Part shown: piece after piece, positions 36,862-51,136 of the stretch | Layout of the letters: every line of letters starts with the position of its first letter | How positions within the stretch are numbered: the first letter of the stretch is position 1 | NCBI GenBank assembly: GCA_951406725.2 | Contig: OX597819.1 | Span: 77,872,001-77,936,000, forward strand | From: Octopus vulgaris | Taxonomy: Eukaryota | Direction of reading: 5' to 3' | Length of the DNA: 64,000 nucleotides | Made by a program: the position numbers and the translations under genes | Notes under the pieces: model-generated | What the model was told of the DNA's origin: nothing | Database searches by the model: none | The model's input: only the letters and a program-made list of their open reading frames with translations

Positions 36862-37150
36862 GATTGGCACTCAGTCGGTTACGACAATAAGTGTTCCTGT
36901 TGATCTGATCAACGGGACAGCCTACATGTGTAATTAAAGTATAAGTGGTTGAGCATTCCAGAGGCAATGCAAACCCTTAAAGTAGTTCTCAGGGAGATTC
37001 AGCGGGACGCAGAATGTGACGAAGCTGGCCCTTTGAAATAAAGGTACTATTCATTTTGCCAGCCGAATGAATTGAAGGAAGGGGAAATAAAGTGTCTTGC
37101 TCAAGGACATGGCGTGCTGAATGCCCTAACCACTAAGCCACGTGACTTCA
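36862..37150 (-). mobile_element. SINE family C, tail type 2
   Basis: Reverse complement matches 15738-16055 with an internal deletion. Confidence 0.8.
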
Positions 37151-37204
37151 CACACATACATGCATACATACGTACATATGTACATACTTGTATACATACA
37201 TATA

Positions 37205-37805
37205 AAATAGTGTACATTTAAACACAAGAGAAAACTGTCTTCGACAAGCAGTTTTTACACGCTAGAAGAAGTAGTTAAAACGACTAAAACCACATTTAAG
37301 AGCAATTTTCAAAAGGACTGAAAAATAAAAACTTCTACCTTGTTATTTTAATCCGGTTAGACCTAGGTTTCTAAATTTTTTTTAGAAAATAAAATAATTT
37401 GCTAGGCGAAATTTCCTATCAGTGACCGCGCCATAACACTAACATATAATTAAGAGACGAATAACACGTGTCTCATCGTTATACATTATAAATTTTTCAA
37501 AATTCACCGCGCAAGCGCAGCTTCAATCGGCAGTAAATGAATAAATGCCGAACTAATCTATTAAAAATTGCTAAATATACGTAAAATATAGGGTAGTGAG
37601 TTTTTTTTTTTAGAAATTTCACTACCAGTGGCCTAGCATATATAAAAAGTCAATTGACAACATATTCTCAATATGAAATAGAGTACATTTAAACACGAGA
37701 GAAACTTGCCTTCAACAGGCAGTTTTTACACGCTAGAACTATTGAGAATATGTTGTCTATTAACTTTTTATACATACTAGGCCACTGGTAGTGAAATTTC
37801 TAAAA
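37205..37805. mobile_element. Penelope-like fragment with direct and inverted repeats
   Basis: Direct repeat 37207-37266 / 37678-37738; inverted arms 37607-37673 / 37740-37805; loop minus strand CUGUUGAAGGC (decayed hammerhead start). Confidence 0.5.
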
Positions 37806-37844
37806 TATCTCACAACCCTATATTCTATGTATATATATGTAGGT

Positions 37845-38372
37845 ATTGTAATCTATCCAGATTACAAGCTCAGGTTTATGCCTGTAATTATTGGGGTACT
37901 AGGATATGTAACACACTGCCTAAATACCAATCTTGAGAAATTAGACTTCTTAAAACCAGAAAGGAGAAAGCTGATTTGAAGACTACAGATCCACGCCATC
38001 ACTAGAACTATAAAAATCTGTAAAACTTTCTAGAAGTTTATCATTTAAATATATGTGGACATGTCTAGATATGCAAGTATATGAGAATACATACATAAAA
38101 CAAAACATACAAATCTGCACATACACTGACCCTAAATGTTGTACATGTACACACATACATACAAAAATACCGTGTTGATGTTGTTGAAATTCCAATGAAG
38201 GAGCCTTGGATCTAGGTTAGAAACCAGCTGTTTCTCTATTAACAAGAAATCTTGAAATATAACTGAATAATGACATACACACATACATTCATTCATACAT
38301 ACATGCATACATACATACATACATACATACATACATACATACATAATATACATACATACATACATACATACA

Positions 38373-38403
<31 letters not shown>

Positions 38404-38910
38404 TTGAAGACTACAAATCCAATCCATTACTGGAACTGTAAAGATCTGTAAAACTTTCCAGAAGTTTATCATTTAAATATATATGAGCATGTCTAGATAT
38501 GCAAATATATGCATGAGAATACATACATGAAACATACATACATACATACATACATACATACATACATACATACATACATACATACATACATACATACATA
38601 CATACATACATACATGCACACACACAAACATACGTACATACATAAAGACTACAGATCCAAGCCATCACTAGAACTGTAAAAATTTGTAAAACTTTCCAGA
38701 AGTTTATCATTTAGATATACATGAGTACGTCTAGACATGCAACTATATATATGAGAATACATACATAAAACAAACATAAAAATCTGCACATATACATACA
38801 TACCCTGTTGATGTTGAAATTCCAATGAAGGAGTCTTGGATCTAGGTTAGAAACCGGCTCTTTCTCTATTGGCAAGAAATCTTGAAATAAAACTGAATAA
38901 TGACTCACAC
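37845..38910 (+). mobile_element. Three head-to-tail Dong/R4-type LINE 3' ends separated by (CATA)n
   Basis: YPDYKLRFMPVIIGVLGYVTHCL...RLQIHAITRTIKICKTF* then UTR; units at ~37845-38280, 38404-38530 and 38646-38910. Confidence 0.85.
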
Positions 38911-39067
38911 ACAGAGGTATATGTATACATATACACAAGACTATATGATTGATGGGCAGAGAAGTGGAAAGAGGCAAATGTATGTGCCAAACAGTTTTTA
39001 AATAACAAAGGTACGTTATGATAGAAATGAAATAAATGGACCATTTTTTACAAAAGCAAAACCAAAA

Positions 39068-39266
39068 GAAATTGTTATATTTCTGGATGGCCATGTTTTC
39101 TAGCCAAATAAACACATGCACTATATATTCGTTGTTTGGAAATCTTTCGTTACACATTTGTGACCTCTTCAGTGACTCTTCCATCCCACGTGTCTCCTCC
39201 TGAACGAATATATAGTGCGTGTGTTTATTTATCAAGAAAAAAATTGACCATCCCGAAATATAACAA
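39068..39266. mobile_element. Penelope-like inverted repeat with a hammerhead motif in the loop
   Basis: Arms ~39068-39133 / 39204-39266; loop minus strand CUGAAGA-GGUCACA-AA-UGUGUAAC-GAAAGAUUUC (39139-39172). Confidence 0.55.
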
Positions 39267-39943
39267 TATATCTTTCAACACACGTTTGCACATCAGGAAT
39301 CTGCGCAAAACAAATACATAAACGTAAACCAAAAGAGACTTTTTTGTAAATTCACAGGTATCTTTGATCCCCTAAATGGAATAACAATTTGAAACGCAGT
39401 GTAATTAGTTGTGTCAAGTAGTGTTTAGTAAGGTGTGTTCGAAGTGCTGTTACAGTCGTTCCCTTCAATCTGGAATAACAAAAAAAAAAAAAGAAAAAAG
39501 AAAAAATGGCAAGTCAGTTTATTAGTTGTGCAGTAAGCAAGGAGGCAGAAAGATAGAGATAAACGAACATTTGAAAACCACAAGGATAAACAAAATTGAA
39601 AAAAAAAAAATATTTGAAAGGTTACGATACAAATGTTGGCAAGAAAAATTGGCTCAAAGAGGTCCATTGGAAACTGTGAAAGAATACACTTACAAAAGTT
39701 GGCTGTAATGACATCTTTGAATAGTTATAACCAACCCCGTTGCTGTGGCCGAAAGGAAAACCGCACAAATATTATTTGCACCATATGTTACTCTGACAGC
39801 CTAGTAGCAAGTTCTGTACAGAAACGGATATGCATATCGCTCGACGCATCTTTGCTTGATTCAATATATCAGTCAAACAGAAGTTTGATATCCATTCACA
39901 ATCTATTTATCTGTTTATCCATCAATTTATCAAAATATTCATA

Positions 39944-39975
<32 letters not shown>

Positions 39976-40204
39976 CATCTATCTATCTATCACACAGTTA
40001 TCTACCAAACTGCCTGTCAATGTGTGTATTTATCACACCACGTCCATCACTCTTTCCTGTTTCTCTCTTTCTGTGTGAGGCTCGATCACTCTTTTAATAT
40101 TTCTGGTTCCCTATTACAATTATCTGTCTAAGAAGCACTTTCCAATGAAACAATAGAATATTTCTTCATCCATGTATGCATATAGCAATCTATCTCTCTA
40201 TCTC

Positions 40205-40287
<83 letters not shown>

Positions 40288-40499
40288 GTGTGTCTCTCTA
40301 TCTGTCTATCGCTTGAATACTCTTCTCTATATATGGCCTATCCATTTCTTACTTCGTTTCTATCTTAAGATATATATCTTTTCCGTCTCTCTCCGCCCTC
40401 TTTCTCTCTCTCTCTCTCTCTCTGCCTGATACTCTCAGTATACATACTCACATATGCATACACAGTATACGCACACATATGTGTTTATATATATATATT

Positions 40500-40538
<39 letters not shown>

Positions 40539-41154
40539 TTATATACATATACATATGTATGTATATATGCACATGTACATACATATATATACATATATAT
40601 GTATATATATGTGTATATAAACACATATGTATGCATATGTGTAAACATATATATATACATACATATATGTATATAATTATAGATGTACACAAGACATATA
40701 TATATATACATACATACATATATACATATATGTACACACATACATATACTGATAAAATTTTGACAGGCACACACACCCACAAACGCACAACTACAATCAT
40801 ACACACACATTCAGCCGGCCACCCTTCCCCCCACACACACATTTACACACATATACATAGTTGCGCGTGCGCAGAAATATATATGTTCATCCGCCATCTA
40901 TCTATCTAAACCTTGTCAGTATTTCTATTGACAATTTGATGGATGTTAACTTTCAACCTTTTGCCTCAATTCATTTGCCTGTCATTCAAATCTTATTAAT
41001 TTTGAATACAATATATAACCTATTCCTTATCTCCCACACTGGTTTTATACCCCGTTTGGATTCAAACTTATAGACGAACGCAGACACGCACATACTCATG
41101 CATACACCTGCATACACTCACGCATAAACGTTGACACATATCATACATATTTGC

Positions 41155-41216
<62 letters not shown>

Positions 41217-41252
41217 CTGTATGTATATATATGCAGGCACGAGTACCTATGA

Positions 41253-41294
<42 letters not shown>

Positions 41295-41432
41295 ATATAT
41301 ATACATACACACACACACACATATATATTCAAATATATGTGTGCATAAGTATATACAGATGCACCGATGCATGAGTATGTATATATGTATATGTATATGT
41401 ATACATATGTGTGTGTGTGTATACATGTATGC

Positions 41433-41481
<49 letters not shown>

Positions 41482-41500
41482 TTAGCTACATGCATGTATA

Positions 41501-41550
<50 letters not shown>

Positions 41551-41921
41551 AATGTATGTATATATAATCATATGAGCATATACATACATACATACATGCA
41601 TACATACATACGTACAAATACGAATGTGTAAATCTCTACATGTTTGTTGTTAGACGTTTATATACCTATGAACCTACGATGTGGGTACACTGTATATATA
41701 CACACAGCCGTATATGAAATCGTATATTCCACCATACGTTTAAATATTCTGTATATAGATGTTTCAGTACCAGCCTAGTGTGGGAATATTCATGTGCATA
41801 TACGTATCAATCTTACGTTTTTCCCTCGTACATTTCCTTTTGCCAATAGACACACAGACACATTCTCATTTACATCCTCCCCCCATACATATATGTATGC
41901 ATTTATACATGTATATATCTC

Positions 41922-42152
41922 ATTCTCTTTTACTCTTTTACTTGTTTCAGTCATTTGACTGCGGCCATGCTAGAGCACCGCCTTTAGTCGAGGAAATCGA
42001 CCCCAGGACTTATTCTTTGTAAGCCTAGTATTTATTCTATCGGTCTCTTTTGCCGAACCGCTAAGTTACGGGGACGTAAACACACTAGCATCGGTTGTCA
42101 TGCGATGCTGTGGGGGGGGAGACAAACACAGACACACAAACATATACACACA

Positions 42153-42187
<35 letters not shown>

Positions 42188-42352
42188 GACGGGTTTCTTT
42201 CAGTTTCCGATTACCAAATCCACTCACAAGGCTTTGGTCGGCCCGGGGCTATAGTTGAAGACATTTGCCCAAGGTGCCGCGCAGTGGGACAGAACCCGGA
42301 ATCATGTGGTTCGTAAGCAAGCTACTTACCACACAGCCACTCCTACGCCTAA
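41922..42352 (-). mobile_element. SINE family B
   Basis: Full head-to-tail match to the other B copies. Confidence 0.95.
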
Positions 42353-42972
42353 ATAAGTTTTTTTTTGTTATTAAACATAAATAGTCCGGGGAACTTTTGA
42401 TATCATCTTGTACTATAAACAGTAACCTTAGTGAAGTTTCTTTTCTGAACGTCGCAGTAATACCGATTGCTTTAAGTCTTTTAGGGAGCAAAATGAGAAG
42501 CTCACAAACAAAAGTAGGATCCTGTTCTTCCTCGCATCCCCTGGGTTCAAGAACTTTGCGAAAAATGTAATAATAAGTAAATTCACTAACTTGTCATCTG
42601 TTAGGGTACCTTCTTACTAAAATGACACTCTTTAGACCATTGATCTCACAGATAAGATCACACACAACCCCAGCTAGGGTACAACCAGAAGAATGCAACG
42701 CAGAAATGTAGTCTAGTTTGTATTCTATCTTTGTCAACGCAAGGTCTAATATAAGTAAGACCATCCTAAGTTTAATAGAAAAGATATTTCCTACATAATT
42801 ACAAGATATCGTTCGATACACATTTAAGATCACCTAAGTTTATTGAAATTACCTCCCCTTCCAGAGCCAGTTGTTTATTAGCTGTTAATGTCAATTCCAA
42901 CTGTGAAGTGGGTGTAATCTCAAGAATCAAGAATTCCTCAAACTGCAAATTCTATTAAAGAGGACAATAGTA

Positions 42973-43005
42973 GACATGTGTTTCCACCTACGTAGGCGTC
43001 ATCAG
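42973..43005 (-). ncRNA. Hammerhead ribozyme motif
   Basis: Minus strand CUGAUGA-CGCCU-ACGU-AGGUG-GAAACACAUGUC; intact core, non-canonical C-G closing pair of stem II. Confidence 0.55.
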
Positions 43006-43269
43006 CAAAACGATTGACCGAAAATTGCGAATAATAGCCCCAATTGACTTGTTAGATATTTGAATTTCAAGGAGAAAGTCATATAGGCCAATCATTAGTC
43101 AGAAAGATCATGTAACAGAACCCACAAAAATACAAATGCAGGAAATCGTTCTAGTGATACACATTTAAGATCACCGAAAGTAATGACCTAACATGAAACT
43201 AATAATCTCTGCTTTTGAAAATGGATATTTATGCCAATTCTACTGTGACAATTCTACTCAATAATGAAT

Positions 43270-44460
43270 GTACAAAGTGCATTCCAGATATTTCAGACTT
43301 TTTCAAAGAATTGCAAAACTCTACAAAGTAGAATTCTCTGACTTCAATGTACTTGTAGCGCTCTAGCCACTTTCTGAACGCTCTATGGAGAAAGTGTTCA
43401 GCACTCTTGTCACAGCCTCCTTCATCTTCAAAATGACTGCTCCTGAAGTTCTCCTTCAATTTGGAAAACAACCAAAAGCCACAGGGAGAAAGGTCTGGAC
43501 TGTAGGGAGTGTGAGGAACAGTTTTGATGCCCACCTTTGTCAACTAATTGTTTACCAGGATGCTCGTAAAGCTGGCATAAAGCGGCAAGCTGGCATAAAC
43601 GTTAGCACGCCGGGCGAAATGCTTAGCGATATTTCGTCTGCCGCTACGTTCTGAGTTCAAATTCCGCCGAGGTCAACTTTGCCGTTCATCCTTTCGGGGT
43701 CGATTAAATAGGTACCAGTTGCGCATTGGGGTCGATATAATCGACATGATCCGTTTATCTGTCCTTGTTTGTCCTTTCTGTGTTTGGCCCCTTGTAGGTA
43801 GTAAAGAAATAGGTATTTCGTCTGCCGTTACGTTCTGAGTTCAAATTCCGCCGAGGTCGACTTTGTCTTTCATCCTTTCGGTGTCGATAAATTAAGTACC
43901 AATTACGCACTGGGGTCGATGTAATCGGCTTAATCCTTTTGTCTGTCCTTGATTGTCCTCTCTATGTTTAGCCCCTTGTGGGCAATAAAGAAATAAGAAA
44001 CTTTGAACAAATTTTGTGCATGTTCAGATTTTCGTGAATAATTCTGTGTACAGTTTCCACACCAACTCCAACTATTTGTTTATTGCCTTCATAGGCATAC
44101 GATGGTCTTCATCTAGAAAACTGCGAATTTTCTCATCGAGCTTCGATACTCTGATGATCCCTCTCACCCCCACACCTCTCCTCATCTCTCACCTTCTCTC
44201 TATCATTCTTAAACCTCTTGTGCCAGCGAAAACAGTTAATCTATAAGCAGTCTGGAGTATGTCATAAATTTATGTAGAGTTTTCGTCCAGTTTAACACAA
44301 AACTTTATTGCATAATGAGCTTCACGTCCCGATTGCATTCTGCAAACTCGACAGCAGTGACAAACAGTGTTTAGTAAGGTGTGTTCAAAGTGCTATTACA
44401 GGAGTTTCCTTCAATCTGGAATAGCAAAAGTTGGCAGGCCTGCTTATTAGATGCATAATA
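43270..44460 (-). pseudogene. Decayed mariner (DD34D-type) transposon, internally deleted and interrupted by a SINE
   Basis: YAIKFCVKL...YDILQTAY, WHKRFK and DEKIRSFLDED at the 5' end; VPHTPYSPDLSPCGFWLFSKLK at the 3' end; related leader fragment at 39420-39530. Confidence 0.85.
43578..43999 (+). mobile_element. Dimeric SINE family A
   Basis: Full unit 43578-43811 followed by a 5'-truncated second unit, same junction as 2788-3200. Confidence 0.9.
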
Positions 44461-44489
44461 ATGATATACTAATATAATAATGATATACG

Positions 44490-44828
44490 TGAAGGCGCAT
44501 GGCTCGGTGGTTAGAGCGTCGAGCTTACGATCGTGAGGTTGTGAGTTCGAATTCCGGACCGGGCAGCGTGTTGTGTTCTTGAGCAAGACACTTTATTTCA
44601 CGTTGCTCCAGTTCACTCAGCTGTAGAAATGAGTTGCGACGTCACAGGTACCAAGCTGTATCTGCTGTTGCCTTTCTCTTGGATAACACTGGTGGCGTGG
44701 AGAAGGGAGGCCGGTATGTATGGGCGACTGCTGGTCTTCCATAAACAACCTTGCACGGACTTGTGCCTGGGAGGGTAACTTTCTAGGTGCAATCCCATGG
44801 TCTGTGTTGTGACCGAAAGCGGTCTCAA
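44490..44828 (+). mobile_element. SINE family C, tail type 1, full length
   Basis: GAAGGCGCATGGCTCGGTGGTTAGAGCG (A box), GAGTTCGAATTCC (B box) and GTGTTCTTGAGCAAGACACTTTA. Confidence 0.9.
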
Positions 44829-45119
44829 TGATATACTAAAATTACAATGATCAAGAGCAGTAATAACTGCTTCTCCAAGAAAAAAATATCTCAACGCTTC
44901 TGCAATACAGCCCGTAACAGCGAGGCTATCGTTTGTGAGACAGAGAGCAAAGTTAAGGATAATATGACACCAAGCTAAAACGATGCGGCAGATTGACTGG
45001 AAGATCGTTCAAGAAAAGACTCTTCAATAACACTACCCCATTCAGAAACATCGAAAACCAGAGAACTATGGTTAACCTTATTACCAATATTCTGCACACT
45101 ACCCAAAGCGTTCTATTCC

Positions 45120-45477
45120 TATCTCTTTGAAAATCAAAGTGAAAGAGAATAACTGTGGACAACTGCTTTGAAGCCTCCAGCATTTATATTCAGATTATAA
45201 ATTCACATTTATACTAATAATAATTGATGCACTTGGTTTTGTGAGTAACTGCCTGACAATCTGGATTACGTTGGATTTTCTGAAAAGTGAATCGGCCAAC
45301 TAACACACACATTACAAATTCAGTCCATAAGTGGAACAGTAAAAATATTCAAGACTTTTATAATTATAATGGGACATTGCTTTTGTTATCTACATTCCAA
45401 CGATGGAGCTTTGTATCTTTGTTAAAAAGCAGCTCCTTCTCCAGGGGAAGAATTTGAATAATTAAAAACAGAACACA

Positions 45478-45478
<1 letters not shown>
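45120..45478 (+). mobile_element. Decayed Dong/R4-type LINE 3' end followed by (CAT)n
   Basis: LYSDYKFTFILIIIDALGFVSNCL...LQIQSISGTVKIFKTF; UTR homologous to 34050-34150; another UTR fragment at ~47170-47340 (-). Confidence 0.8.
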
Positions 45479-45543
<65 letters not shown>

Positions 45544-45850
45544 CCTCCTCCTCCTCATCATCATCATTTTTATAGAAATATAGACACATATTTAGAAAAG
45601 CAATTACACATAAATAGCTACACAGCATATAATTGTATATGCGTAATACATACATTCATGCATACATACATACTAGGAAGCATACACATGAACACAGATA
45701 TTTATAAAGCTTTGGGACAGCATATAAACTCACATACATATATGCATGCAACGAAATAGTTTTGGCATATACATATTCATATACGTACATACTCATACAT
45801 ACATACATACATATATACATTCATACATACATACACACACACATACATAC

Positions 45851-45921
<71 letters not shown>

Positions 45922-46024
45922 CATACATACATACATACATACATACTCACGTGTGTGCGAGGGCGTGTGTGTATGTGTATATATGCATATACTCGTTATT
46001 GCATCATGTATAAACAATAATACA

Positions 46025-46144
<120 letters not shown>

Positions 46145-48004
46145 TACACAGCAAACATGGCGGTTTGTTTTGGCTTGGGCTTCGCTAATCTTTTATTAAG
46201 ATCTACCATTTATAAGAATCGATGGCATCACTCTGACTGGGAACCAGTTTTATTGGGTCTACATATCAATTGGCAGCTGTTTAAAAACAACAACAACGAC
46301 AATAAAATTTACAAAATCTTTTCATTTATCCCATTAATACGATTTTCTTAGTTTTCCAGACCAGTAAACCCCATTTAACTAGAGACCTTAGTCTGGCTCA
46401 CTGGCTAAAGAGAACGACTGGCTGGTTAGCTGCCATGGTTGATTGGTTGTTTTTCATTGGCTGGCTGGCTGCCTTGTTGGTAGTTGATTGGTTGATCGGT
46501 CGGCGTTCCTTGATTGAGTGGTGGGCAGGTTGATTATTCGGTTGTTTAGTTGATTGATTGGCAGAGTGGTCATGTGTTCAAAAGATAATGAATATATAAT
46601 TATTTGGGTCTTCGCTTGGTTTATTGTGTGAGTAGACCCCATGCCATGTAGGTAGTTGGTCAAACATCTAGATTCGATCTATAGATCCGTAATTCTGGAT
46701 ATGTGGATATGCCATATCTCCTTTCTAACTGAGTATCATGCCACACATTCTGATATACAGTGTAGCGATGCAGTATGCAACATGCAACCTCTTCACTGTA
46801 CAGCCTTTTTGTTCGTCTTTAAATGCGACTATTGTTGGTCCCGATTGAGAAGACCTAAGATCACGCAATAAAAGTGCATGCCTAATGGTTGGGCTTAGGA
46901 TCGTAAGGTCGTTGTTTCAGCTTCCAGATTGGGCAGTGTGTTGTATCATTGGGCAAAGCAATACATTTCCCGTTACCTCCATCGGTTGTAAAGAGATGAG
47001 CTGCATTTGATGCTGCACAGTAGTGTTTCCTAGACTGTTAACCCCAAATCTCGCATGTACAAAATGTCGGCGACTCTTCATTGCTGCAACATACTGGAAG
47101 TTGACCAAGGACGTTCCAGTGAGCATACGTTTCTTATAATTCCATGAACACATATGCCAGTGTATATGTAAGTCATTATTCAGTTTTCTAGCCATTAGAG
47201 AACCTAACCTAGATCCAAGGCTCCTTCATTGGAATTTTAACAACTTCAACAGGGTATTTTTGTATGTATGTATGTATGTATATGTACAGATTTCTATGTT
47301 TTGTTTTATGCATGTATTCTCTTGCATATGTATGTATGCATATATATATCTGTGTGTGTGCGTCCGTGCGTGTGTGTGTACATAAACTTTTGTACACACA
47401 TACACTCGCGCGCGTATGTGTGTACAAAAAAAGTATAAGTCCATAGAAAGTATAAGTCCTGGGGTCGATTTATTCGACTAAAGACGATGTTCCAGCATGG
47501 CTGCAGTCAAATGACTGAAGCAAATGAAAGAAAAAAATACTGTATTTTTTTTTACTCTGGGTTCAATATTCATGAGTCAAGAAAAATAAGCACTAATCAT
47601 CTAACATTTAAAACCCCACTTGCAAAATATTAGCTTACTAGACTAGTGAGATCCTTTGTGAGGGGATCACTCGCTCTACCTTATCGCTACTAGCCACTAT
47701 GCTGCGTCACAAATCTGCTTCAGTGATGATATATTAATGTCTCTGCACTGGTCACCTTCGTTTTAAGCAGTTTAGCCCTTGAAACTTTAAAATCAAAATC
47801 CATTGAATTGTTATAATTGTGTTTTTAAAAGATATAGTTTCTGTTTGATCCGAAGCCTAATTTTTACGAAACACCAGCCTCCTTTACATAAATATTAATC
47901 ACAAACAACCACTTACAGCTGGAAACAATAAAACAATAAAAGAGGCAATCGTGTTCTTAGAGAGAGTAATGTTTCATCTAAATTGGGAAGCAGTGAAGTC
48001 TTCA

Positions 48005-48550
48005 ACTGAGGTAACTGATGAAGGACGTACGTATGAAGGATCTACATGGAAGGAGTATGAAGCAACTACATTAAGAGAATATGTCAAACTAGTTGAAATA
48101 AATGATTTAATATCTGCATGGAAGGGTTATGAAATAGCTACATTCAAGGACTATGTCACATATGGTGGGATGAATGATGAAAGACCTTGATGCTAGGAAA
48201 AATAGTCCAGCGACATTGATGGATAATGATACATTTACATGGATGAATGATAAAGGATCTATACAGAGGGATAACAAGGCAGCTATATTTAGGGGCAATG
48301 ACATACTGAGATAAATTATGAAGGAAGTATAAAAAATGATCATGGATGTACGAAGGATCAACGAAAAATATTGCAGCTATTTTGAAGGATGTCACATTTA
48401 TAGAAATGAATGATCTCCATTCAAGGAAAAATAATGCATCTACATTGAGTAATAATGAAACAACGAATGAGCTGGATAAGGAAGGATCTACATGGAAGAA
48501 CAGTAAAGCAATTAAGTGGAGAGATCTTGAAAGATCTACATCAGAGAGAA
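48005..48550 (+). repeat. Degenerate ~72-bp (24-codon) tandem repeat
   Basis: AT(G/A)AATGAT starts near 48099, 48170, 48243, 48311 and 48406; recurring GAAGGATCTACATGGAAG. Confidence 0.65.
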
Positions 48551-49799
48551 TCAAATTTTCTTTTGTTTATATTATATTCTAGAATGGGAGTATAAGCAAG
48601 GCTCAACGAGTTAGAATTTATTCGCAGAGTTACGTAGCTCACTGTTTCATCGCAATGCGTGCACCTTAAACCACGAATCAACCTAAGTCTTGGAAGGGAA
48701 ATTCGGTTAATGAAAAATGTGTAGAAGTCTGTCTGTTTGACTCTACTTGTTCTCGAACGTTAGACTTAAATTCATGGAAGAAGCAGTCAAGATTCTAGAG
48801 AAAGAGCAAGGCTTCATCTAGCGGCTAGGGAGTCTTTGGCTACGAAGTCTTTACCGGGCTGAATGATAAAGAATTTACGATATCCGACTGAATTCTTTGG
48901 TGCTTTTCGCAGAGTCGATCTTCCAGAAAATATTCTGATCAAGTTTGTAGTTTGAGAATTATTCGTAAGTCTTGTTTTTCTCCTCCTTCTCTGCCAGCAC
49001 CAGTTTCTTCCTCTTCTAACTAGTTCATAACAAACAGAACCCAGTTTATTACTGGTACTGATGTCATCGACACTTATGTAACGTGAGGCTCAAATTCGAT
49101 AGGGCTTGATCCCAGAACCTCGAGAGGTGAAACTAAAATACGTCAAAGCATTTAGCATCTTGTACACTGCTCCTAGTATAACCAGCACCACCACCACCAC
49201 CACCATCTTCCTCCTCACTACCACTACTTTCCCTACAAATATCTACACCATTATCACCACTACGACCACCACCATCACCACCACTGACACTATCACCACC
49301 AACATCAACACCATCACCACTATCACCACCACCACCACCACTACCAGAACCACCACCACCATTAACACCACCAACATGAGTTTCATCAACAGCAGACATC
49401 ACTGCTCTTGTAGAATTAATCAGATTTTTTGACATTCGTCTAACAGATATCGCCAATCAGTTGGGCATCTTTACATTTTCTTGGCCGACAACATGGTGCA
49501 ATTTGCTAGGTTTTGAATTTAAATATTTCTCCAGTAATTCGTTGCAGTCTTAGAGAAAACAGATAGAGTGTGGGTAATTAATTTAAACAGCATATTTTAA
49601 AACATATAAAGATACCTGATTGCTAATTGCCGGCTTGATTGATTGCTTGTTGGGTGATATTAGATGAAGACCTTCTGAAGTTTGATGTTCATTGTAATCT
49701 ATCAAATAAAAAGAGTAAAAAAAAGAAAAAACGTTTATTTCTAAGAAAAAAATTAGAAAAAAAAGATTAAGTGAAAGAGGAATAGAAAAGGTAAATGAG

Positions 49800-50410
49800 A
49801 CTAAGGTGGAGGGAAAGAGAGATGGGAGCATTGATAGTGAAGTATAAGGGGACAAGAGAGAGAGGGGAGAGAGAAAGAGAGAAGAGAGAGGGGAACAGAG
49901 GGGGAGAGATAGGGGGAAAGGGAGAGATAGAAAGAAAGGGAGAGAAGCATTGATAGAGAAGTATAAGGTGACAAGAGAGAGAGAGGGGGAGAGAGAAAGA
50001 GAGAGGGGAGAGGGAGACAGAGGGGGAGAGATAGGGGGAAAGGGAGAGATAGAGGGGGAGAGAGAAAGAGAGAGGGGAGAGGGAGACAGAGGGGGAGAGA
50101 TAGGGGGAAAGGGAGAGATAGAGGGAAAGGGAGAGAAGCATTGATAGAGAAGTATAAGGTGACAAGGGAAAGAGAAAAAGGGAGAGAGGGGGGAAAGAGA
50201 AAGGGAGAGGGAGAAAAGGAGTGAAGTATAAGGTAACAAGGAAGAGAGAGAGAGAGAGAGGAGAAAAAGGAAGAAGGAGAAACAGAGGGGGAGACGGAGG
50301 AAGACAGAGTGGAAGAAAGAAAAGGAAAGGGAGAAAAGCATTGATAGTGAAGTATAAGGTGACGAGAGAGAAAGAGAGAGGGAAAGAGGGAAAGGGAGAG
50401 AGAAAGTGAA
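49800..50410. repeat. Purine-rich minisatellite
   Basis: Recurring AGCATTGATAG(A/T)GAAGTATAAGGTGACAAG anchors inside GA-rich units. Confidence 0.85.
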
Positions 50411-50685
50411 AGTTGGAGAATAATACGCACATACGCTTAAACACACGCATACATACGTGCACATACACCCGCACACTCGCACGCACAAACACATGCACAT
50501 GAACACACGCACATGGAACGTATGCGCAGGATGTTGGGGGAAAATGCGTAGGGAGCGTTTGAGAAAGGAGTGCTTGCGTTTGTGTGTGCATGTGATTTGT
50601 GAGTGTGGGATGTGTGTGTGTGTGTGTGTGTGTGAATGAGTGTGTGTGTGTGTGTGAATGAGTGTGTGTGTGTGTGTGTGTGTGA

Positions 50686-50769
<84 letters not shown>

Positions 50770-50972
50770 AAACTGTGGCGTCAAACAGTAAGGGCGTTTG
50801 TTAGAGACTGTGAAGGTGAATGAATGAGTTTCTGAGAAAGAAAGAAATAGACAAACAGGAAAAAAAAAAAAAATAGAGACATAAAAAGACAGCGTGTACA
50901 AGCGTTTATACACATGTGTGTGCAGGTATGTCATATATAAATATCTGTAAGTGTGTACATACGCACACGTGA

Positions 50973-51028
<56 letters not shown>

Positions 51029-51047
51029 AACAGTGAAAGGAAGAGAT

Positions 51048-51136
<89 letters not shown>

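Noticed and set aside
38820-38872. Hairpin or twister ribozyme in the Dong UTR
   Set aside because: AGAGAAA on the minus strand resembles hairpin-ribozyme loop B, but the partner strand and loop A are missing, and there are no twister pseudoknots.
48014-48040. CUGAUGAAGG hammerhead candidate
   Set aside because: No stem II or GAAA; it is part of the 72-bp repeat.
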